From: a virus
Taxonomy: Duplodnaviria > Caudoviricetes
Direction: 5' to 3' (one strand)
Virus record (IMG/VR): IMGVR_UViG_3300032285_003500
Span: 1 to 62,419 of that record
DNA: 62,419 nt
The notes below the pieces were generated by a model, which worked only from the letters and a program-made list of their open reading frames with translations, was not told the origin of the DNA and did not search any database. Position numbers and translations under genes: made by a program. Of this stretch, positions 56,602-62,419 are shown one piece after another (position 1 is the first letter of the stretch; the number at the start of each line of letters is the position of its first letter).

Positions 56602-57224
56602 TCTGCGTTTCCTTCAAATCCGTGTTCGTTTAGTTCACTGGCGCAACGTAGTATGTCAGCTGCATTTCCTGTGCCACAATATTTGTTGAGAATCGCTTCA
56701 CATAATTTGGTCTCTTCGTTTCGAGTGTACTTCCCTGGAGTGGAAACATAATACAGAGTAATTTTTTTTGCAACCAGTGCTCGTAGAAGGGGTAGATGAG
56801 CATCGTAAGTTACCAATAGACTTTCCAGGCGTGGAGGAATACCTTCCAGGCTGGTCAAGGGATTATTGACTAGGTTTAGGTACTTGGGTTTGGGGCACCC
56901 CTTCAAGTTGGTTATTTGGCTATTGAACATGACTATACTGCCCACTTGTTGGGGAGCACCAGTCCAATCTTTGATAGGATTGTTAATGCAAATAAACTGG
57001 TTGCCCACATATGTGGGGCACCCCTCCAGGGTTTTGAGTTGATTACTCTCCAGACGAAAGTTCTCGTCTACTCTTTTAAACTGCAAGGGCAATTTGCTCA
57101 TCCTGCTGGTCATCTGCACACTGCCTGCGCAACTGATCAAACCATCACTGTCCACAGTTACAGACCCATTATAGGCAAAATGGCGTCCCAAGTCGCGTAT
57201 TATTTGTTTGCTGTCTACCACCAT
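56595..57224 (-). CDS. LRR-array paralog 1 (4 modules)
   Basis: Same architecture; start ATG 57224 or GTG 57221. Confidence 0.85.
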   Translation of the reverse strand: MVVDSKQIIRDLGRHFAYNGSVTVDSDGLISCAGSVQMTSRMSKLPLQFKRVDENFRLESNQLKTLEGCPTYVGNQFICINNPIKDWTGAPQQVGSIVMFNSQITNLKGCPKPKYLNLVNNPLTSLEGIPPRLESLLVTYDAHLPLLRALVAKKITLYYVSTPGKYTRNEETKLCEAILNKYCGTGNAADILRCASELNEHGFEGNAEW

Positions 57225-57784
57225 TTACCACCACCACTTAGTCCGAGACTTTTACTGTACCTGGGAAGTCTGCACGACCAGTATCTGGCACTCATGCGGT
57301 CATTGGCTTGTTCACAGCGATGACGTGCCGCAAAATTGGCACGGGCTTGTGGATCAGCCAGTTTAACTTTCAAACGTCCAGTGGCATCACCAAAGCTGAT
57401 TTTTTTGACCTTGTCAGTGCTGGGGTTCTTCACATAAACATAAAACTTTTTACTGCCACCACGATGAACTTTGCCCAACTGCACTTTCTTGCCCTTGTAT
57501 TCGGCTTCCAACAGGGCCTCATGCATGTGCTCAGTGAGTGGCACATCCAAGGGCACACGAACACCCTCATAAATGGCCCAAGTGCCTATGTCTGTAAGCA
57601 GCAGTTCCTGATCATCCTCGTGAAACTGGATGCCTTCTGCCATCATGGTTCGTGCATGTTCAAAAAACTGGCACCAGCTGTCGCTCAACATACGGAACAT
57701 GTTATCTTCCAGGGGGATTTCACAGCAGACGTGGTTTTCCAGTAGTGTCTTGTAATCTGTTTGTGTAAGTTCGTGTATCTTCAT
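57215..57784 (-). CDS. Conserved phage protein with basic Cys-containing C-terminal domain
   Basis: EAEYKGKKV.L.K..KKFYVYVKN..VKKISFG..FAARHRC..RYWSC; TAAATA upstream. Confidence 0.8.
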   Translation of the reverse strand: MKIHELTQTDYKTLLENHVCCEIPLEDNMFRMLSDSWCQFFEHARTMMAEGIQFHEDDQELLLTDIGTWAIYEGVRVPLDVPLTEHMHEALLEAEYKGKKVQLGKVHRGGSKKFYVYVKNPSTDKVKKISFGDATGRLKVKLADPQARANFAARHRCEQANDRMSARYWSCRLPRYSKSLGLSGGGKWW

Positions 57785-57825
57785 GGTGTGTTATTTAAAC
57801 ACAAACAGGATTGGTAAATATCATC

Positions 57826-58452
57826 ATGAAGATAGTTGATTTACTCTTACAAGAGTCTCGCTCCACTCCCGTGATCTGTGTGGATGTGCAGCCTGAATAT
57901 AGTGGCATCATGGATGGGGATGAAAGTCCTGTGTTTGAACAGATCATACAATTTGTGAATAACCAAACTGGTCCTGTGCTCATGTTTGTGAACGCCGAAG
58001 ATCAGGGTTTGAGCGGTGATACTGTGGCATCTGTGAAAGAGTATTGGCAAGATAGTGGCTTTGATCCAGATAATTGGCGCAGAGTTACCGTTGTGGACAA
58101 GGGATATGGATACTTGAGAGCCTGGATGGATCAGGGCATTGATGCTAGAGCAATCATTCGCACCATACGTGAGATGTACAAGCAAAAAGTGGATGATAGT
58201 AGACTACTTTTTGATGGTGAAGATTCTGACACCTATCAGGGTGACATGCAAAATCTGTTGGGTGTAGACTATGATGATGTTGTGTTATCAGATCCGTTGA
58301 TTACCCAATGGACCAGCATTGCTCAGCTCAAACGTTTTAGTGGCGCTTACATTGTGGGTGGTGGAAGAGACGAATGCTTGAGAGAGGTGGAACTGCTCAT
58401 GAATGCCTTCAACATAAAATACAAAAGAATTGACAGTTTGGTGTACGGATGA
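57826..58452 (+). CDS. Cysteine-hydrolase (isochorismatase)-like protein
   Basis: VICVDVQPEY, DKGYG and VGGGRDECLREV motifs. Confidence 0.55.
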   Translation: MKIVDLLLQESRSTPVICVDVQPEYSGIMDGDESPVFEQIIQFVNNQTGPVLMFVNAEDQGLSGDTVASVKEYWQDSGFDPDNWRRVTVVDKGYGYLRAWMDQGIDARAIIRTIREMYKQKVDDSRLLFDGEDSDTYQGDMQNLLGVDYDDVVLSDPLITQWTSIAQLKRFSGAYIVGGGRDECLREVELLMNAFNIKYKRIDSLVYG

Positions 58453-60347
58453 AGATACAAGATTTGCTCAACAAGCCCACCATGACTGTGGGTCAGCTCA
58501 GTAAAAAATATCACACAGCTCCCAGCGCAGTGGAAACTGAACTCAGCAAGGGTGTGAAAGTGGAAATGGAGCACACCAATAATATTCAAGTGGCTCGTGA
58601 GATAGCCTTGGATCATTTGGGTGAAGATCTCTACTATTATGACAAGTTGAGCAAGATAGAAAAGCCACTGGCAGAAGCCTTGGACCAATATTCCCCAGTG
58701 GAGGATCCCACACCCAGTGAACTCAAGCTGCTGGCTCGCCGCAACAAATATCATAGTGCTAGATTTGTTGTTTACAAGCCTGACCGTGAAGGTACCACCC
58801 ACTGGATAGCTGCTGATAGTGAACACTTCACACACCACAGCATGGCACCAGCCATGGGAGCTTGGTTGATCAGAGGATATGTGCAATACCTGGGTGATAA
58901 TGAGTACGCCTATCGCAGCATGGAAGTTTACAGCCCCAAAACAGTGGATCATCCCCTGTTCAGAACCTGGGAGCGGGCAGGAATTCAAAATGGCAACCCT
59001 GAAGTTGTAGAATCATATTCCTCTCACCTGAAGGAAAGCGCCATTGATTTGAGCCAGGGTGGTAGAGCTGTCAAGGACCTTAGAGTGGAAGGCGTGGTCA
59101 AGATGGCTCGCAAACAACCAGTGCGAGGGCTAGTGTTTGGCAGACACATTTATTGGTGGCCAGCTTCAAATGCCACTCATGGTGAAGTGGCAGCACAGTT
59201 GGGGTTCACAGATTATGTGGACTACAGACTCATGCTCAGCAAAGAGAACGATGAGTTAAGACTTAGAGGTGATCCTGTGGAGATCCAACAATGGATGCAT
59301 CATGTCAAAGCGTGTCCCCAGCTGAACAAGCTCACCCAATCAGATCAATTATACTTCCATGCAGGCAGCCATGGGTGGGTCACAGGTGCTGAATTTATTC
59401 AGATCGTATCTGATGAACCAGTTTCAGAAGCTTGGAGCAAGAAATACAAAAAGAGCATCAACTGTGCCAACCCCAAAGGATTCAGCCAACGTGCTCACTG
59501 TGCAGGCAGGAAAGCCAGATCAGCACACAGAAAAACTAAATCCACAAGTGTGAGTGAGGCTACCACCAGAACCAGCAAACAAGGCGCACCAGGCACTCTC
59601 AAAGCCAAGATATCAGGCAAAGTCACATGTGACAAAGTGCAAAAACTCAAACACAGAAGAAATGCCACCCCACATGATGTGAGTCAAGCCAACTGGTTTA
59701 TAAACATGCATAATTGTGAAGAATCTGTGCGCTTGAGTGAAATTTTCCAGGAGCCTGCGCAACCGGCAGACTGGAAAAAATTCCAGCACGGCAAATACAC
59801 TTCCTGGGAAACAGAGTTTTATCTACTCAACAAATTGATAAAAGTTGAAGTTCATGGTGATTACAACCAGACTGGCGCACTATTTGTCACACGCAATACA
59901 GATTTGGATTTGCCCAAGACTTATCAAGGATATCAAGTCATATTCAGAGTGGCTGGCAGCACAGAAGTCACCGGCGAAATGGGTGCATCCGCTGCCAAGG
60001 TATTCGAAGATGTGGTGAGCGTGTTCCGAGGGTTTTTTGACACGCATGACTGGGACTATATTCTGTTCACAGGTCAAGAAGGCAGCAGAGATAGTTTATA
60101 CGACAGGATAGCTCAACGGTTGGCCCGTCAAGTGGGTGCCAAAGTGGCCACCTACAGAAGTGAGTTTCTCATATACAAACCTGGTGACGGATTAGCCGAA
60201 CAGGGAGGAGTGGGACTTGTGGTGCCGGGTGTGAACATGCCAGCCGGCATGCATCCAGATGAGATTCGCCGTCAGGCCCGAAAGTTTGGTTTTAAAACAA
60301 CCAAAGATGGTGTACCTCCTGTGACAAGAACTGACGGAAAATATTGA
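58449..60347 (+). CDS. Mosaic multi-module protein, probably head-internal
   Basis: GVKVEMEHT..AREIALDHL.ED..YY.KL module; WSKKYKKSINC.NPKGFSQRAHC module; modules separated by (L/V)xE. Confidence 0.7.
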   Translation: MKIQDLLNKPTMTVGQLSKKYHTAPSAVETELSKGVKVEMEHTNNIQVAREIALDHLGEDLYYYDKLSKIEKPLAEALDQYSPVEDPTPSELKLLARRNKYHSARFVVYKPDREGTTHWIAADSEHFTHHSMAPAMGAWLIRGYVQYLGDNEYAYRSMEVYSPKTVDHPLFRTWERAGIQNGNPEVVESYSSHLKESAIDLSQGGRAVKDLRVEGVVKMARKQPVRGLVFGRHIYWWPASNATHGEVAAQLGFTDYVDYRLMLSKENDELRLRGDPVEIQQWMHHVKACPQLNKLTQSDQLYFHAGSHGWVTGAEFIQIVSDEPVSEAWSKKYKKSINCANPKGFSQRAHCAGRKARSAHRKTKSTSVSEATTRTSKQGAPGTLKAKISGKVTCDKVQKLKHRRNATPHDVSQANWFINMHNCEESVRLSEIFQEPAQPADWKKFQHGKYTSWETEFYLLNKLIKVEVHGDYNQTGALFVTRNTDLDLPKTYQGYQVIFRVAGSTEVTGEMGASAAKVFEDVVSVFRGFFDTHDWDYILFTGQEGSRDSLYDRIAQRLARQVGAKVATYRSEFLIYKPGDGLAEQGGVGLVVPGVNMPAGMHPDEIRRQARKFGFKTTKDGVPPVTRTDGKY

Positions 60348-60379
60348 ATCACTAGCAGTGTTCCCTCACAATTGAGGTA

Positions 60380-61066
60380 ATGCTCAGTATCAAACAACAA
60401 CGGTTACTGGAACTGTCTCAACAGCCCCTGTTACCCCATACTCACGTGCAATATCTGGAACATCTCAAGGCTCAGGGGGTCAACCCCCGGGTTGTTTATG
60501 ATCTGGGTAGTTGTGTGCTACACTGGTATAATGTGGCACATGAAATTTGGCCTGATGCCCAGTATCATGTGCTGGATGCCATGGACAGTGCAGAGTTCCT
60601 GTATCAGGAGCAGCAGTTGCCCTATCACATTGGTGTGCTCAGCAACAGTGATCGCAAAACTGTCACATTCTGGCAAAATGACTATCATCCAGGTGGCAAC
60701 AGCTATTACAGAGAAAATCCTGAGATCAACTTGGAAGTGGACCAGTATTTCAATGACAGCCACAAGCGTGTTTTGCAGTGTAGCACTCTGGACACTATCA
60801 TAAGTGTAAACCATTGGCCTGTGCCGGATTTTGTAAAAATGGATGTGCAGGGTGCAGAGCAGGATGTGTTGTTGGGCATGACCAACACACTAGCCCATGT
60901 GCAACATTTGATACTGGAACTGCAAAATGTGGAATACAACAAAGGTGCTCCGCTCAGCCAGCATGTGATCTCCTGGTTGGAGCGACGTGGATTTGATTGT
61001 GTGGCTCCTTTGTTTAGTAATAATGGTGCTGATGGCGACTATCATTTTACAAGGAAGAGTTCATGA
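60380..61066 (+). CDS. FkbM-family methyltransferase
   Basis: YDLGS, TLD, DFVKMDVQGAE.DVL.G and ILE motifs. Confidence 0.85.
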   Translation: MLSIKQQRLLELSQQPLLPHTHVQYLEHLKAQGVNPRVVYDLGSCVLHWYNVAHEIWPDAQYHVLDAMDSAEFLYQEQQLPYHIGVLSNSDRKTVTFWQNDYHPGGNSYYRENPEINLEVDQYFNDSHKRVLQCSTLDTIISVNHWPVPDFVKMDVQGAEQDVLLGMTNTLAHVQHLILELQNVEYNKGAPLSQHVISWLERRGFDCVAPLFSNNGADGDYHFTRKSS

Positions 61067-62419
61067 AGATAGCATTTGTAGACACTCTGGGATTGCCCTA
61101 TGACGGCAACACCATAAACAATCGTGGATTGGGTGGCAGTGAAAGTGCTGTGATCTATTTGAGTGCAGAGCTGATCAAGTTGGGCATGGATGTGACAGTA
61201 TTTTGTCATTGTAATGCTGATGATGCCAGGCCTGGAGTGTACAACGGAGTCAAATATATACCACTCCCTGAAATAGCCAACCATGCTTGTGATTTTGATG
61301 TGGCCATAGCCAGCCGTAGTGTAGAGACCTGGCTACCCCCAGAATTGCGTGCCAATGTGAGCAGCAAAGTAGATTTGAATATTTTTGATCGTTTGCAGGA
61401 GCGTGCCCGGTTCAAAGTGCTGTGGATGCATGACACCTTTTGCTATGGCGATCAGGTTGTGGAGCATTTGGTTGTGCATGGTTGTATTCATGAGCTGTTT
61501 GTGTTGAGTGATTGGCATCTGAGTTATGTGCTCAACTGTGACCACGGTGCTCGTCGCAACTTTGAAGTGCTCAAGAACAAAACTTTCCTTACTCGCAACG
61601 GCGCCAAGAACTGGCTGCCCTGGATTGATCCCAGCCAAAAAGACCCCCATCAGTTTGTATATAACAGCAGTGTCAGCAAGGGTATGGCTCCCTTGCTGGA
61701 ACAAATTTGGCCACACGTCAAGCAGAACATTCCCGAAGCCAAGCTGAAAATCATTGGTGGCTACTACAGGTTCCGCCCTGAAGATCCGCCTGATGAACAA
61801 GAACAAAAGTGGCGCTTGTTGAAGGACACTTTTGATGGCAAGCAGGGTGTTGAGTTCACTGGAATCATTACTCAACAACAGATTGCACAGACTCTGGCTC
61901 AGAGCAGCCTCATGCTCTATCCTAGTGCGTTTCCTGAAACTTTTGGTATCAGCGCACTGGAAAGCCTGAATGCTCTCACCCCACTGGTAACCTGCAGATT
62001 TGGCGCACTGGAAGAGGTAGCCATTGACCAAGCCTGTTATAAAATGGACTATGCTATTGCACCCAATGGGTTGTTTCCCAACATAAACAGTGAACAGCAG
62101 GTCAAAAAGTATGTGGAATTGGTGTGCTGGGCACACAGCAACAAATATCTGCTGCAACAGAAGCAAAACTTCTGTCGTATTGTTCAGCCCCTGATTGGAT
62201 GGGATACGGTGGCCCTTCAGTGGAAGCAACACTTGTGCAAAGTGTCGGGCAGATATTTGTTGTCACATGAATTTGACAAAGTTTCACATGCAAAACTTCG
62301 CTGGCAGCAAGTGTTTGGTCGCAGATACACAAACCTGGAAGATCATAACACTGTTAGTAAACCACAGCAGCCCATTGTTGTGATCACACCCTTTTACAAC
62401 TGCCAATCATATATTGTAA
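61063..62419 (+). CDS. GT4-type glycosyltransferase fused to the start of a GT2 domain (truncated by the window end; absent from the ORF track)
   Basis: ATG 61063 MKIAFVDTLG..GLGGSESAV, LWMHD, YPSAFPETFGISALE; frame runs off the end as IVVITPFYNC. Confidence 0.88.
   Translation, partial: MKIAFVDTLGLPYDGNTINNRGLGGSESAVIYLSAELIKLGMDVTVFCHCNADDARPGVYNGVKYIPLPEIANHACDFDVAIASRSVETWLPPELRANVSSKVDLNIFDRLQERARFKVLWMHDTFCYGDQVVEHLVVHGCIHELFVLSDWHLSYVLNCDHGARRNFEVLKNKTFLTRNGAKNWLPWIDPSQKDPHQFVYNSSVSKGMAPLLEQIWPHVKQNIPEAKLKIIGGYYRFRPEDPPDEQEQKWRLLKDTFDGKQGVEFTGIITQQQIAQTLAQSSLMLYPSAFPETFGISALESLNALTPLVTCRFGALEEVAIDQACYKMDYAIAPNGLFPNINSEQQVKKYVELVCWAHSNKYLLQQKQNFCRIVQPLIGWDTVALQWKQHLCKVSGRYLLSHEFDKVSHAKLRWQQVFGRRYTNLEDHNTVSKPQQPIVVITPFYNCQSYIV

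Larger units (their letters stand above)
51407..56685 (-). repeat. Nine dispersed ~90-nt coding repeats (array tail and junction)
   Basis: Plus-strand CTACCATT(C/G)TGC.TT.CC..C.AATCC... begins at 51407, 52018, 52584, 53204, 53953, 54564, 55238, 55900 and 56595. Confidence 0.9.

Noticed and set aside
51407-56685. Regularly spaced ~90-nt repeats as a CRISPR array
   Set aside because: Spacing is 570-750 nt, the repeats are degenerate mainly at codon third positions and lie inside ORFs, and no cas genes are present.
51407-57224. TAG recoding or readthrough fusing the array into one polyprotein
   Set aside because: Each downstream gene is in a different frame from the TAG, and long genes elsewhere read cleanly in the standard code with TAG as a normal stop.
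61333-62232. Long minus-strand ORFs (also 4029..5033, 17079..18062, 49558..50625)
   Set aside because: They are antisense to well-supported genes; at 61-62 kb the real gene is the unterminated plus-strand glycosyltransferase.

Overview
The window is 62.4 kb of a large, apparently lytic, dsDNA jumbo phage. It has T4-type TA(T)AAATA late promoters, a clamp loader, a short DnaE-like fragment, GroES, PhoH, DNA ligase, and RyR and vWA proteins. Early promoters of the form TTGAC-N16-TAnnnT, mostly preceded by GC, suggest an alphaproteobacterial host (inference). Contents in order: (1) a glycan-modification operon containing a RuBisCO-like protein (0.1-7 kb); (2) host-takeover genes (IF-1, ClpP, TrmH, orphan DNA MTase, PhoH); (3) a ~450-nt non-coding, heavily base-paired element at 12.45-12.9 kb; (4) giant virion/fibre genes with Thr-rich collagen; (5) Dps, SOD, IscA and two AdoMetDC-fold genes; (6) replication and repair genes; (7) the start of a second glycosyltransferase cluster at the right end. 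The standout is at 51.4-57.2 kb: nine tandem paralogous 21-aa-LRR genes with variable repeat number and variable surface residues. Each ends in the same ~90-nt tail that also provides the RBS and start codon of the next gene (A/G-TGGTAGA at all ten junctions), and non-adjacent copies share near-identical DNA blocks. This is a candidate recombining, modular binding-protein repertoire. All product calls come from motif recognition only; no database searches were run.
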